From Bacteroidia bacterium (GTDB lineage Bacteria > Bacteroidota > Bacteroidia > SpSt-205): a stretch of DNA of 64,000 bases. The notes beneath the pieces were generated by a model. That model was not told the DNA's origin. It made no database searches and saw nothing but the letters and a program-made list of their open reading frames with translations. Made by a program: the position numbers and the translations under genes. This document shows positions 9,361 through 19,086 of the stretch, piece by piece (the stretch's first letter is position 1; each line of letters begins with the position of its first letter). The DNA lies in contig BPGW01000005.1 in the NCBI GenBank assembly GCA_026003235.1, positions 87,210 through 151,209 on the forward strand, in the 5' to 3' direction.

Positions 9361-10335
9361 TCACTGGGAGCGGTACAAAAGGAGCGTAATCAGCTCGCGG
9401 AAAGGCAAACTGGCGGCATGGGGCAACCGCTGCGCTAAAGCATAGGCCTGTTCGGCGTAGGTTTGGAGGACGGCTTCGGCTTGTTGGAAGGCCCCCATTT
9501 CGGCCAAGCGTCGCCGAACCAAGGGAAAAGGAGCTTCTCGCAGAAACCGCCGTTCAGCCAGGCTCGCTTGCCCCAAAGCCCAAAGCAGCGGAAAGGTGAA
9601 GCGCCGCTGCCGGCGATCGCTGTCGGTGGGCTTGCCAGTTAGCCGGCTTTCACTCCAGTCTAATAGGTCGTCCCGGATCTGGAAGGCCAGGCCAATTTGC
9701 CGGCCCATTTCGCCGGCTGTTTGAAGGATCCCTTCCTCGGCTCCGACTGACCAGGCCCCCATGAGGCAGGCCGCCCGAAAAAGCGCCGCCGTTTTCTTCT
9801 CTATCACCTCAAAGTAGCTTTCTACAGAAAGGCTGGCTTCTCGCATGCGTTTGAGCTGAATGAGCTCGCCTTCAGCGAGGGCTTCCACGGCTTCCGAGGT
9901 GTAGTAGAGCAATTGCGGTTGGTGATACCGCAGGGCCACCAGGAGCCCTCGCGCCAGAAGCCAGTCCCCAAAAAGCACGGCGATGCGGTTCCCCCAAAGC
10001 CCCCTCAGCGAAAAAAAACCTCGGCGGTAGTCTGAGTCATCCACGACATCGTCGTGCACGAGGGTGGCGTTGTGAAGGAGCTCAACGAGGGCGGCCCCTA
10101 CCAACGAATCCTGGGTAGGGGTGCCGCTGGCCCGGGCTGTGTAAAGAAGCAGCAGCGGGCGAATCTGTTTGCCGCTGCGCCGCAGCAAAAAGTTGCCCAG
10201 CTGGGCTAATAACCACCGGCCTCGGTAGACCTCGGTCTGCAGAAGGCTCTGGTAAAAGCGTTCAAACGCAGGCCACTCCGGCAAAGCGGCTCTTAGAGCC
10301 TCCAGGGAAACTTTCTCTCTAACGAAGACCGACAT
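9361..10335 (-). CDS. Polyprenyl diphosphate synthase
   Basis: GKQIRP, LVHDDVVD, FQIRDDLLD. Confidence 0.9.
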   Translation of the reverse strand: MSVFVREKVSLEALRAALPEWPAFERFYQSLLQTEVYRGRWLLAQLGNFLLRRSGKQIRPLLLLYTARASGTPTQDSLVGAALVELLHNATLVHDDVVDDSDYRRGFFSLRGLWGNRIAVLFGDWLLARGLLVALRYHQPQLLYYTSEAVEALAEGELIQLKRMREASLSVESYFEVIEKKTAALFRAACLMGAWSVGAEEGILQTAGEMGRQIGLAFQIRDDLLDWSESRLTGKPTDSDRRQRRFTFPLLWALGQASLAERRFLREAPFPLVRRRLAEMGAFQQAEAVLQTYAEQAYALAQRLPHAASLPFRELITLLLYRSQ

Positions 10336-10339
10336 GAGC

Positions 10340-13135
10340 TTAGGGCTTCCCTCCTAAAAACAAATTATTGAGGGCACGTACCATTAGCAGAAGCCATAGG
10401 CCCACCCCCATGAGGGCCAGGATGAGGGCGTTGTAGGTGGGGGTAAACCAAGGAGCCTGGCCTAAGCGCTTGTAAGCGGCGAAGAGAGGGGTATAGCCGC
10501 TTTCTGGCTCCAGGATGTAGGCAGGCTCGTAAAGGCGTACCCAAGTGTCGCGCACCCGGCGAAGCTTCTGCGAGCTTTGGGTGGCGAGGGCGGTTTTTTC
10601 CAGGGCGTCGTTGTGATAACGTAAGCGAAGTTCTGTAGGGAGCTGGCTTTCCAATGCAAGGATTTGGGTGGAAATTTGCTGAAGCTCTCTTTTGAGGAGG
10701 CTTTCAAGGCTATCCAGCGAAGGGGCCTGGCCTGCCCATCGCTGGAGGTAGCCCAGGGTATCCCCCTGGGCTCGTACGGCGGGTAGGAGGTAGAGCACAT
10801 GGTAGCGCAGCAGAGACTGGCGGGCCTTTAGAGGGTAAAGGAAACGCTGGTAGGGATTGTGGGTAAAGTGCAAAACGACCTGACCCTCGTAGGCCCACCG
10901 CGTGAAAGTAAAATCGGCCAGAAAGGGTACGGGCCTCTCTCCCCGCAGCGCCGGGTTGAAGCGATCGAAAGGCACCACGGCTCCGCTTAGCACGATTTGC
11001 GGGATCAGCAAAATGGGAATCAGCACATACACCGGGACAGGATGAGTAAAAGCGTCTGAAAGGTTGAGCGCCAGCAGGTTGCTCAGGATGCCTATCAGCA
11101 GCAGGAGGAGCCACGTCTCTACCCATAAGGCTTGAATCTGACACACCAGGCTCACTACCCCCCAATAGAGCGTTACCTGGAGGGCGGTGATGAGAAAAAC
11201 CCAGACGAGCTTGGCATGCAGGTAGCTGGACCAGCTCAAGTGAAGGAAGGCCTCCCGAAGGCGAATCTTGCGATCCCGAAGGAGCTCTTCGGCGGGAGAA
11301 AGCATCCCCAGAAACAGCACCGCCAAGAGGTTGGTGAAAAGGAGCGTAGGAAGATTGTCGTTTTCGTAGAGGGTGTAAGGTTGGCCTTCGGGGTGGTAGC
11401 GCAGAAGGCCGCCCACGATCAGCCCCAGCGCAGGCGCCGCCAGCATCAGCATCAAGGTAGCCAGGTGCGTGCGCCACTTGCGCAGCCCTTCCCGCCCCAG
11501 CAGAACAGCAAATTGCCGCACCCAAGAAGGGGCAGGTTTAGGGGAAAGGACAGGAACCTCAATTTGGCTTTTGGGGGGGCTGAACTGACGCCAGAAAATC
11601 TGGTACCATCGTTCTGGGGAGATGTGTCGGTCGGGAAGGGGGTTGCCCAGCTCGTCCAGCCGGCGTTGCTGGATGATGTCAAAGAGCGACTCAGGTTCTA
11701 CTCGTCGGCAGCTGGGGCATTCTACCTGCTCGCTGTCCGAGAGGCCCGCCGCGCGCCGGAAGTGCTGCAGCGCGCCAATCGGCGAACCCCAATAGATGGT
11801 ATATCCCCCTTCATCCAGAAAAAGAAGCAGGTCCAGCTTTTTATAAATTTCGGAGGAAGGCTGGTGAAGGGTAAAGAACACGATGCGTCCCTCGCGGGCT
11901 AAGGCCTGAAGCAATTCCACCACCTGGAGGGCGTCGGAGGATGAAAGCCCTGAGGTAGGCTCATCAATAAAGAGCACCAGGGGCTGCCGAACCAGTTCCA
12001 GGGCGATGTTGACTCGTTTGCGCTGGCCGCCGCTGATGATAGGGCGCAGGGGCGAGCCCACTTGCAGGTCTGCGATAGGCAAAAGCCCCAGTTGCGAGAG
12101 GGTCTCTTCGGTGGCTTGGTGGGCCTGAGCGTCGGTAGGGTAAGCCAGACGCGCCGCATAGTATACGTTTTCTCGGACTGTCAGCTCTTCAATCAGGAGG
12201 TCTTCTTGGGGCACGTAGCCGAGGAGGCCCTGGGTGCGGCGCGCTTCGGCGTGGATGTCTTGGCCGTTCAGGTAGACGCGGCCGGAGGAAGGACGCAGTT
12301 GCCCACTCAAGAGGCGCAGGAGGGTACTTTTGCCAGCTCCGCTCGGGCCCATGATGCCTACCAGCCGCCCCTGCGGCACCTCAAAGCTGACCGGATGAAT
12401 CGCTACCCGTTCCTTGGAAAACTTATAACTCAGCCGGCGCACTTCCCACAAAAGGCGCTGTTGGAAAGGAGCCGGCCGAAACTGCTCTAAAACCTCTTTG
12501 TAAGTGAGCGTGTACCCTCGCAGCCGCAGAAGAGCCCCTTCCGGGAAAACCCGAATCACATCGCCGTGGATCCACTGGCCATTAAGGTGCGCCTCCATCT
12601 GCGGGCCCACCAGCCGCATCAGAATAAGCTCCACCGAAGGCAGGTACAAGAAGGCTACATACCCCGGCAAGGGAAGTTCAATGTGTCGCACAGAAGGCGC
12701 TTTGTCTTTGTCGGCAGCACCTGCAATCAGGATATGGGGTGAGTCTATGAGCCTAATTTTGCCCGTCTGGGCAAACATCTGTAGAAGAGCTTCTTCTTCC
12801 TTAGGGATGTCAAAGTGGCTGGCCATGTCTTTGAGGAACCGCTCTTCTTCTGGGTGAAACTTTTTATCAGCGTGGGCCAGCTGGAGTACGAAGGCGTATA
12901 ACAGGTAGCGCTGGGGGCGAGGCAGCTGTTGGGCTACGGAGCGCAACAGCAAAGAAGGTTGGAGCTCTGAAGCGCGGGCGATGTATTGCTGGATGCGCTG
13001 GATTTCCTGCTCGGGCTCCACGCCCAGCTCGCGTAAAAGCTGTCGGAGGATCGCTTCTTCTTTTGCGGAGAAGCTGCCTTGGAGGGAAAAGTAAGCCAAA
13101 ACCCGTGAAAGGCTATCCAGCAACACCTCTTGCAT
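10340..13135 (-). CDS. ABCG-like ABC transporter (TerB-like N-terminus, NBD, ABC-2 membrane domain)
   Basis: LAHADKKFHPEE (TerB-like), Walker A GPSGAGKS, ISGGQRKR, FIDEPTSGL, HQPS, then several TM helices. Confidence 0.85.
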   Translation of the reverse strand: MQEVLLDSLSRVLAYFSLQGSFSAKEEAILRQLLRELGVEPEQEIQRIQQYIARASELQPSLLLRSVAQQLPRPQRYLLYAFVLQLAHADKKFHPEEERFLKDMASHFDIPKEEEALLQMFAQTGKIRLIDSPHILIAGAADKDKAPSVRHIELPLPGYVAFLYLPSVELILMRLVGPQMEAHLNGQWIHGDVIRVFPEGALLRLRGYTLTYKEVLEQFRPAPFQQRLLWEVRRLSYKFSKERVAIHPVSFEVPQGRLVGIMGPSGAGKSTLLRLLSGQLRPSSGRVYLNGQDIHAEARRTQGLLGYVPQEDLLIEELTVRENVYYAARLAYPTDAQAHQATEETLSQLGLLPIADLQVGSPLRPIISGGQRKRVNIALELVRQPLVLFIDEPTSGLSSSDALQVVELLQALAREGRIVFFTLHQPSSEIYKKLDLLLFLDEGGYTIYWGSPIGALQHFRRAAGLSDSEQVECPSCRRVEPESLFDIIQQRRLDELGNPLPDRHISPERWYQIFWRQFSPPKSQIEVPVLSPKPAPSWVRQFAVLLGREGLRKWRTHLATLMLMLAAPALGLIVGGLLRYHPEGQPYTLYENDNLPTLLFTNLLAVLFLGMLSPAEELLRDRKIRLREAFLHLSWSSYLHAKLVWVFLITALQVTLYWGVVSLVCQIQALWVETWLLLLLIGILSNLLALNLSDAFTHPVPVYVLIPILLIPQIVLSGAVVPFDRFNPALRGERPVPFLADFTFTRWAYEGQVVLHFTHNPYQRFLYPLKARQSLLRYHVLYLLPAVRAQGDTLGYLQRWAGQAPSLDSLESLLKRELQQISTQILALESQLPTELRLRYHNDALEKTALATQSSQKLRRVRDTWVRLYEPAYILEPESGYTPLFAAYKRLGQAPWFTPTYNALILALMGVGLWLLLMVRALNNLFLGGKP

Positions 13136-13146
13136 GCGCTGCAAGT

Positions 13147-15363
13147 TTAGCTATTTGGAGGGGCTTGGTATCGCTCAATCCGCAAAAGGCCGCGCACCTC
13201 CGCCAGGGCTTTGATGACCCCCAGCAGATCGGGTTCGTGGTAGACAAAAAGCTCAATCACCCCCTGAAAGTAAGAAGCTTTCCCCTCAACGCGAATGGAA
13301 CGGATATTTTTTCGTTTTCGCAAAGAGATCACTTTGACCAGGTCCAGGAGCATGCCCTGGCGATCTTCGCCTTCCAGGAGGAGGGCGGCTAAGAAGGGTT
13401 TTTCGGGTGTGCTGACCCACCGCAGCGGACGAACCTTGCTGCTGTCCAGCGAGAGAAGCCGTTGAATCTCCCGGCAAGTGGTGCGGTGCACGACCAGCCC
13501 GTCGCTGGTCAGATGCCCCATGATCGCATCAAAGGGAATAGGATAGCAGCAGGTGGCGTACTGGACTTTTTCTTCGGTGATGTGGCCGACCTCAGGGGCG
13601 CCGCTCAGCAGCCCCAAGTGCTGCGACAGCTGGTCCACGATCGGGGTGGTGCCGGCTATCCGCTTGAGGCGGATGAACTCTTGGATGCGGGTCAGGTCCA
13701 GCGTATGGGTGCCCAGCCGGTATAAAAGCTCCTCCAGAGAAGGTAAACGCAAATACCACAAGAGTTCTTTGATGACGGGGTCTTCTGGCCGCAGGCCTAA
13801 ATGGCGGAGGCGCCATTCAAAGATTTCCCTGCCTCGCTCTATAGCTTGCTTGCGTTGGTGCTTGAGGTATTCGCGGATCTTGAGCCGTGCCCGGGCCGTC
13901 TTGACAAAGGTGAGCTGCTCTTGGGTGGGTTCGGCCCGTTCGCTGGTCAGGATTTCCACTTGGTCGGCGTTTTGGAGCACATAGTTTAGGAGGACGGGTC
14001 GGCCGTTGACCTTAGCGGCGATGGCATGCCGCCCAATCTCGGAGTGAATCTCGTAAGCAAAGTCCAAGGCCGTAGCCCCTGCAGGAAGGACCTTGAGATC
14101 GCCTTTGGGGGTAAAGACGTACACTTCGTCGTGGGCGATGTCGGGGTGGAGTTCGCTCAGCAGCTCTACGCTGGAGAGGTCGGCGTTTTCAAGGAGGCTG
14201 CGGATGCGTTGGAGCCACCGATCCAAGGCCTCATCGTAGGAGGAAGGGCGGCCATTTTGCTGCTCTTTGTAGCGCCAGTGGGCCACCAGACCGTATTCGG
14301 CCATTTCGTGCATGCGCCGCGAGCGAATCTGCACTTCTACCCACTTGCCTTCCGGTCCCATGACGGTGATGTGCAGCGCCTCGTAGCCGGTGGCCTTCGG
14401 GTGCGAGATCCAGTCGCGCAGGCGGTTCAGGTTGGGCCGGTAAAGGCTCGTCACGATGGAATAAGCCCGCCAGCAATCGGCCTTTTCTGTTGCCGGCGGA
14501 GAATCCAGGATAATCCGTATAGCGAAAATGTCGTACACCTCCTCAAAGGGCACCCCCTGCCGCTGCATTTTTTGATAGATAGAGCTCAGTCCCTTGATTC
14601 GGCTTTCCATGCGGTACAGAATGCCCAGCTCGGCCTTCAGGCGCGCTTCTAAGGGCTCCAAAAAGCGTTGAATGTACTTTTCTCGCTCGCGAGCGGTGGC
14701 TTGGAGCTTAGCTTCCAGCTCGGCGTAAATTTCTGGATGGCGATACTTCAGGATCAGGTCCTCCATTTCGCTTTTGATGGGGTACAGGCCTAAGCGGTGG
14801 GCGATGGGTACGTAAATGTATTCGGTTTCGGCCAGGATTTTGGCTTGTTTTTCGGGTTTGAGGCCAGCCAGGGTTCGTAGGTTGTGCAGCCGGTCTGCCA
14901 GCTTGATGAGGGCCACCCGGATGTCGTCGGCCATCGTGAGCAGAATCTTCCTAAAGGTCTCGGCTTGCACCGAGTCCATGGGGCTTTGGACGCGGGTGAT
15001 TTTGGTCAGGGCCTCCACTAAGCGGGCTACCGCCGGCCCAAATTGCGCTTGAATGCTCTCCAGAGGGGTGTCGGTGTCTTCTACCACATCATGAAGCAGG
15101 GCAGCGATCACGGCAGAGAGGTCTTTGAGCCCAATTTCCTTGACCAGAATCAGCGCTACGGCAAGCGGATGCAAAATGTAGGGTTCGCCTGTGCGGCGGC
15201 GGGCCTGCCCATGTTGCTCCAAGGCAAACCGAAAAGCCCTGCGCAGTTCCGTACGGCCGCGTTTGTCCAGAAAATCGCCGCATGAGCGCAGAAGGCGGCG
15301 GTAAGCGTTGAGAATAGCTCGTTTTTCCTCTTCGGCAAAGGAGACCTCCCAGCGGGAACGCAT
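13147..15363 (-). CDS. relA: RelA/SpoT (p)ppGpp synthetase/hydrolase
   Basis: GEPYILHP, LHDVVED, KLADRLHN, EVQIRS, TGS (VFTPKG, DFAYEIH) and ACT domains. Confidence 0.95.
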   Translation of the reverse strand: MRSRWEVSFAEEEKRAILNAYRRLLRSCGDFLDKRGRTELRRAFRFALEQHGQARRRTGEPYILHPLAVALILVKEIGLKDLSAVIAALLHDVVEDTDTPLESIQAQFGPAVARLVEALTKITRVQSPMDSVQAETFRKILLTMADDIRVALIKLADRLHNLRTLAGLKPEKQAKILAETEYIYVPIAHRLGLYPIKSEMEDLILKYRHPEIYAELEAKLQATAREREKYIQRFLEPLEARLKAELGILYRMESRIKGLSSIYQKMQRQGVPFEEVYDIFAIRIILDSPPATEKADCWRAYSIVTSLYRPNLNRLRDWISHPKATGYEALHITVMGPEGKWVEVQIRSRRMHEMAEYGLVAHWRYKEQQNGRPSSYDEALDRWLQRIRSLLENADLSSVELLSELHPDIAHDEVYVFTPKGDLKVLPAGATALDFAYEIHSEIGRHAIAAKVNGRPVLLNYVLQNADQVEILTSERAEPTQEQLTFVKTARARLKIREYLKHQRKQAIERGREIFEWRLRHLGLRPEDPVIKELLWYLRLPSLEELLYRLGTHTLDLTRIQEFIRLKRIAGTTPIVDQLSQHLGLLSGAPEVGHITEEKVQYATCCYPIPFDAIMGHLTSDGLVVHRTTCREIQRLLSLDSSKVRPLRWVSTPEKPFLAALLLEGEDRQGMLLDLVKVISLRKRKNIRSIRVEGKASYFQGVIELFVYHEPDLLGVIKALAEVRGLLRIERYQAPPNS

Positions 15364-15412
15364 GTCCCTAAATATACCGCTTTGGGGCAAACCAAGGGTG
15401 TATCTTTGGCGG

Positions 15413-16072
15413 GTGTGGCGGCTACTGGGGGGCCTCATAGGCCTACTTACCGCACAGCCTCCGTTGCTTTACAAGGAGCTGCACCGCCAGCTTTTTCCGC
15501 TGGTGCAGGACACTTCCCATCGCGAGTGGCTGCCTCGCCTGCGAGAAAAGATGCAAGAGCTGCGCCACATTGAGTGGAACGATCGCTTCTTCCGAGAAGT
15601 GGCGCAGCTGTACCTCCAACAAAGTGACTCGCTACCTGAGCTGTTGGGCACGATTAGGCGGTATGTAGGGGTAGACAGCGCTCAGATAGCGGCGCTTTTC
15701 CGCCCTTTGGAAGACCAATCGGCCCCTGCAGCTTCGCTGATGGCGGCCTACGAAGCCCTCGCTCAGGCCGCTGCACACGACACCTCCCACACGGGCTACC
15801 TGCTACAGCAGGCCAGCACCTTAGCTCGCCACACCATAGAAGCCTGGATCTCAGCCCCTGATAGCCCCCCCCTTGCGCTCTTGATACACGGTAGCTTGCG
15901 GGGCTACTTCAAGGCCCTGGCGGCGGCTTACGCCTTCTTTGGCTTTGACGCTTCCAGCGAACCCTGGCCAGACAAAATGCGTGTGCTCCAAACCATAGGG
16001 CTGCTTGACTATTACGCTTACGGGCAAAGCGCCAACGAATACCGAGCATGGAAACGCGGGTATCGGCCTTAG
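15413..16072 (+). CDS. Hypothetical secreted helical protein
   Basis: GTG 15413 lies 4 nt after TATCTTTG (15401-15408). Signal-like WRLLGGLIGLLTA-Q. Confidence 0.6.
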   Translation: MWRLLGGLIGLLTAQPPLLYKELHRQLFPLVQDTSHREWLPRLREKMQELRHIEWNDRFFREVAQLYLQQSDSLPELLGTIRRYVGVDSAQIAALFRPLEDQSAPAASLMAAYEALAQAAAHDTSHTGYLLQQASTLARHTIEAWISAPDSPPLALLIHGSLRGYFKALAAAYAFFGFDASSEPWPDKMRVLQTIGLLDYYAYGQSANEYRAWKRGYRP

Positions 16073-17025
16073 CTAAGAAGGTGCGGTCTCGCGACCGGGT
16101 AGGCCTGGCCCAGGCCCTGTCTTTGGCAGAAAGCCTTCGGTGGGAAGACCTGCCCCAGCGGGTGGCGCTTCTTCAGGCCTTGGGTTCTGTGCCGCCCACC
16201 GCCTACCGCATTGGATTCACAGGCCCACCTGGTGCAGGAAAAAGCACCCTTATAGATGCGTTAGGCGCCTACCTGCTGGAACGGTTCCCAGAAGCTCACT
16301 TGGCCATCCTCACCGTAGATCCCAGCAGTTGGCGCAGCGGCGGAAGCCTCCTGGCCGATCAGACCCGCATGCGCCGTTTGGCGGCCCACCCCCGGGCTTT
16401 TTTGCGGACCTTCGCTTCAGGGGGGCACCTCGGCGGCCTCCACCCCCGCCTCTACGAAGCCCTCACCTTCTGCGAAGCCGCTAACTTCACCTGGATCTTC
16501 ATTGAAAGCGTCGGAACCGGCCAAAGTGAGATTGAGCTGCGCTACGCGTGCGACTTCTTCCTTTACGTGGCGCTGCCCCACGGCGGCGACGAAGTCCAAG
16601 GCCTCAAACGAGGCCTCATGGAAGCTTTGGATGGGGTGGCCCTCAATAAGGCGGATACCCTCTCCCCCACCGACCTCAACCGCCTTCTCTTTCAGTTTGA
16701 GACCGCCCTACACTTCCTGAGGGGGGGCGAACCTTTTGTTTTGCCCGTCTCTGCGCTGACAGGCGAGGGCTTAGCCCTCTTGTGGGAGAAGTTAGAGGCA
16801 CGCCGGCCTACCCCAGCCCAGCAAGCCACCCTCCGCCAAGAACAGACCCGCTATTGGCTTTTGCGCTATTGGCAAGAGGCCTTAGAACGGTGGCTTGACC
16901 AAACCCCCCAAGGTCAGCTCCGAAGCCAGCTCCTCCACCACCTCCAGCAGGGAAAACCTTTCTGGGCCCTCCTCCAGGACATAGCCCAAGCCTTCGGTCT
17001 CTACCCTCCGGCTCCCACATCGTGA
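16048..17025 (+). CDS. meaB: Methylmalonyl-CoA mutase-associated GTPase MeaB
   Basis: GPPGAGKST, VDPSS..SGGS, ESVGTGQSE, GDEVQGLKRG, NKAD. Confidence 0.9.
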   Translation: METRVSALAKKVRSRDRVGLAQALSLAESLRWEDLPQRVALLQALGSVPPTAYRIGFTGPPGAGKSTLIDALGAYLLERFPEAHLAILTVDPSSWRSGGSLLADQTRMRRLAAHPRAFLRTFASGGHLGGLHPRLYEALTFCEAANFTWIFIESVGTGQSEIELRYACDFFLYVALPHGGDEVQGLKRGLMEALDGVALNKADTLSPTDLNRLLFQFETALHFLRGGEPFVLPVSALTGEGLALLWEKLEARRPTPAQQATLRQEQTRYWLLRYWQEALERWLDQTPQGQLRSQLLHHLQQGKPFWALLQDIAQAFGLYPPAPTS

Positions 17026-17330
17026 AGCCAGAGCGTCTCTATCACATGGGGTAAGAGCGTTTCTGCCTCAGGACGAGCTAATATCGCATACAGCCCCGCT
17101 GAGGCGCTGCTTCCGAGGAGGGAGCCTTTCTTCTCGGGCAAGGCAAGCTGATAAAGCACCTCCCCGTTAGGAAGAGGGGTGACTTCCAAACGGCTCCCAA
17201 CCCACGTATCTCGCATCGCCTGCCAGGCCGCCGCGGATAGAGGCGCTGACAGCTCTATGTAATACTTCACCCGCCACGCACAAACTTGGACTTTCTGGAC
17301 AGGCAGGGGATAAGTAGGCTCTTCCTTCAT
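17001..17330 (-). CDS. Hypothetical protein (109 aa)
   Basis: ATG overlaps the stop of the upstream V4R gene by 4 nt. Confidence 0.55.
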   Translation of the reverse strand: MKEEPTYPLPVQKVQVCAWRVKYYIELSAPLSAAAWQAMRDTWVGSRLEVTPLPNGEVLYQLALPEKKGSLLGSSASAGLYAILARPEAETLLPHVIETLWLHDVGAGG

Positions 17331-18592
17331 TTACGGGTTAGGCGCACCCTATCAGGGCCTTCTTGGCGGAGGCGGCTCTGCACAAATTCTCCCTCGTACG
17401 CTCGGCCTTCTTGGAAAAGGCTCCGGTAGAGCTGCCCATCAAAAGTAAGGCGCTGCTGGTGGATGCCAGCTTGATACACCAGGGCCATGATCCCGGCAAA
17501 AAGCCCGCGCGCAAAAGGGGAGTGGTCCAGGTGCCGTTCCTCTCCGGGCAAGGAAGCCAGCGCTGTCGTTTCATACCAGTTGGTAAGCCCGACTTCGCAG
17601 GCGGTGGGGGTAGGAGGCTTGTAGCATTGCACCATGCCCCACCCAATGGCTGGCAGCACCGCCGCAATGCCATACATCCAATCTTCCGGCGTGTCTAAGT
17701 AGGGGCGCACGACAGCGTCCCATTCTGCGCTTTGCATGATGCCCCCCAGCGTGTTGAAGGCGCACACATGCCCCGACTCAATCAGCATATCCAGCACGAG
17801 GGGGCGCACTTCCGGCCCAAAAGCTTTTTCCATGCGGGCCAGGTGCCGCTCAGAGATGAGGGTGTAGTAGTTTCCAGGCAAGCGAGTCAGCACTACGCCG
17901 AAAGCCTCAATAAGGCCGGTTTCGGGGTCGGGCGTGAGGGGCAAGCCCAAGACCGCGTCGCGAATGGCGGCCATAGGCACGCGGGTGCCACTGGGTTGGT
18001 GCAGCTGCCCTTCTTCCCAAGCGCCCTCGCCCGGTGAAGGCCGCAGCGGCAAAGGCTTATCCAACCGAAAGAAGCGCCAACTGACCACCGGGTCCCCTTG
18101 CGTGAGGCAAGCGGTCTGCTCGCTGCCTACGCTACCCAAAGGTAGGTCGTAAATAGCCTCTATCGCTCCCGCAAGATACCCCTGCGAAAAGTAGGCCACC
18201 CCTCGCTTGCCTTTAGGACGAGGGGGAAAGGTCGCCGCATAGGTGTAAGCGTAGTGCTCGTAAGGCGTATGCACTTCTCCGCCTTCGGCAGAAATGCTTG
18301 CAAGTTTTACGCTGCCATACCCACATGTACGGAAGGTCTCCTCCACTATCTGCTTGCGCAAGGCCACGTCTTGTGCGCCCTTCTCTGCAAAAAGCGTCCG
18401 GAATAGACTATGCGCAATCTCCTGGGCCGTCCAGACCAGCACTTCTTCTACGGGGTAGAGGTCGGCGGCGTCCTCAATGCTGGTTTGGAGAAAGTGGTTG
18501 TAATAATGGCAGTGCACTACGTGCGGCTCTCCACCGAGTACGACGGCGCCCCGCTGCACTTTGGGCACAAACTGAATCGCTGTCTCCGTCAT
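17327..18592 (-). CDS. Tandem V4R/4VR-like ligand-binding protein
   Basis: Two similar halves: GYG...GYLAGAIE...QTACLTQGD and GWG...GLFAGIM. Also HCHYYN and ESGHVCAFNTLGGI. Confidence 0.6.
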   Translation of the reverse strand: MTETAIQFVPKVQRGAVVLGGEPHVVHCHYYNHFLQTSIEDAADLYPVEEVLVWTAQEIAHSLFRTLFAEKGAQDVALRKQIVEETFRTCGYGSVKLASISAEGGEVHTPYEHYAYTYAATFPPRPKGKRGVAYFSQGYLAGAIEAIYDLPLGSVGSEQTACLTQGDPVVSWRFFRLDKPLPLRPSPGEGAWEEGQLHQPSGTRVPMAAIRDAVLGLPLTPDPETGLIEAFGVVLTRLPGNYYTLISERHLARMEKAFGPEVRPLVLDMLIESGHVCAFNTLGGIMQSAEWDAVVRPYLDTPEDWMYGIAAVLPAIGWGMVQCYKPPTPTACEVGLTNWYETTALASLPGEERHLDHSPFARGLFAGIMALVYQAGIHQQRLTFDGQLYRSLFQEGRAYEGEFVQSRLRQEGPDRVRLTRK

Positions 18593-18597
18593 AGGGC

Positions 18598-18999
18598 TTA
18601 AGGTTTAGAGGCGGATTTTTCTCCATTCAACACAGCGACGGGGGGTACGGTTCCATACATTTCTTGAAGCGCCAGGAGGAGGTTTTGGATCAGCTTAGGG
18701 GGTAAGTGCGTGGTGGGGGTGGGGTTTAGCACTTCAGGAAGGGGGATTCGCTCTTCTCGTAGGAGAGGGAGGACCCGAATCACTGCGCGGTCCCAGGCAT
18801 AAGGCGAGATAAAGCGCTGGGTCCACTCCTTGAGCGGGGCCAGCCGGATAGGCTCGGACAAAAAGGGTATGGTAGGCGCAGGAGGAGCTGCCGCAGGTCC
18901 CTGCGCCGGTGTAGTATCTGATGCAGGAGCAGGTGAGGGATTCTCCTCTTTTTCTGTCCAGGGAAGGAGGCTCTTAAGCCAGGTACGCCAGGTAGCCAT
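18598..18999 (-). CDS. Hypothetical protein with Pro/Ala-rich N-terminal linker
   Basis: ATG 18999 lies 4 nt after TATCTTTG (19004-19011). First gene of a three-gene run. Confidence 0.6.
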   Translation of the reverse strand: MATWRTWLKSLLPWTEKEENPSPAPASDTTPAQGPAAAPPAPTIPFLSEPIRLAPLKEWTQRFISPYAWDRAVIRVLPLLREERIPLPEVLNPTPTTHLPPKLIQNLLLALQEMYGTVPPVAVLNGEKSASKP

Positions 19000-19023
19000 A
19001 GGACAAAGATACAACTAACCTCC

Positions 19024-19045
19024 AAAAGGCCCCTACCAGAGGGCC
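19024..19045 (-). terminator. Possible intrinsic terminator downstream of the AT-rich operon
   Basis: Minus strand GGCCC-TCTGGTAG-GGGCC followed by TTTT. Confidence 0.45.
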
Positions 19046-19086
19046 GCAAGCTTGGGGGCTTACCTTTAGAAGGGCAGAAGACAAGG

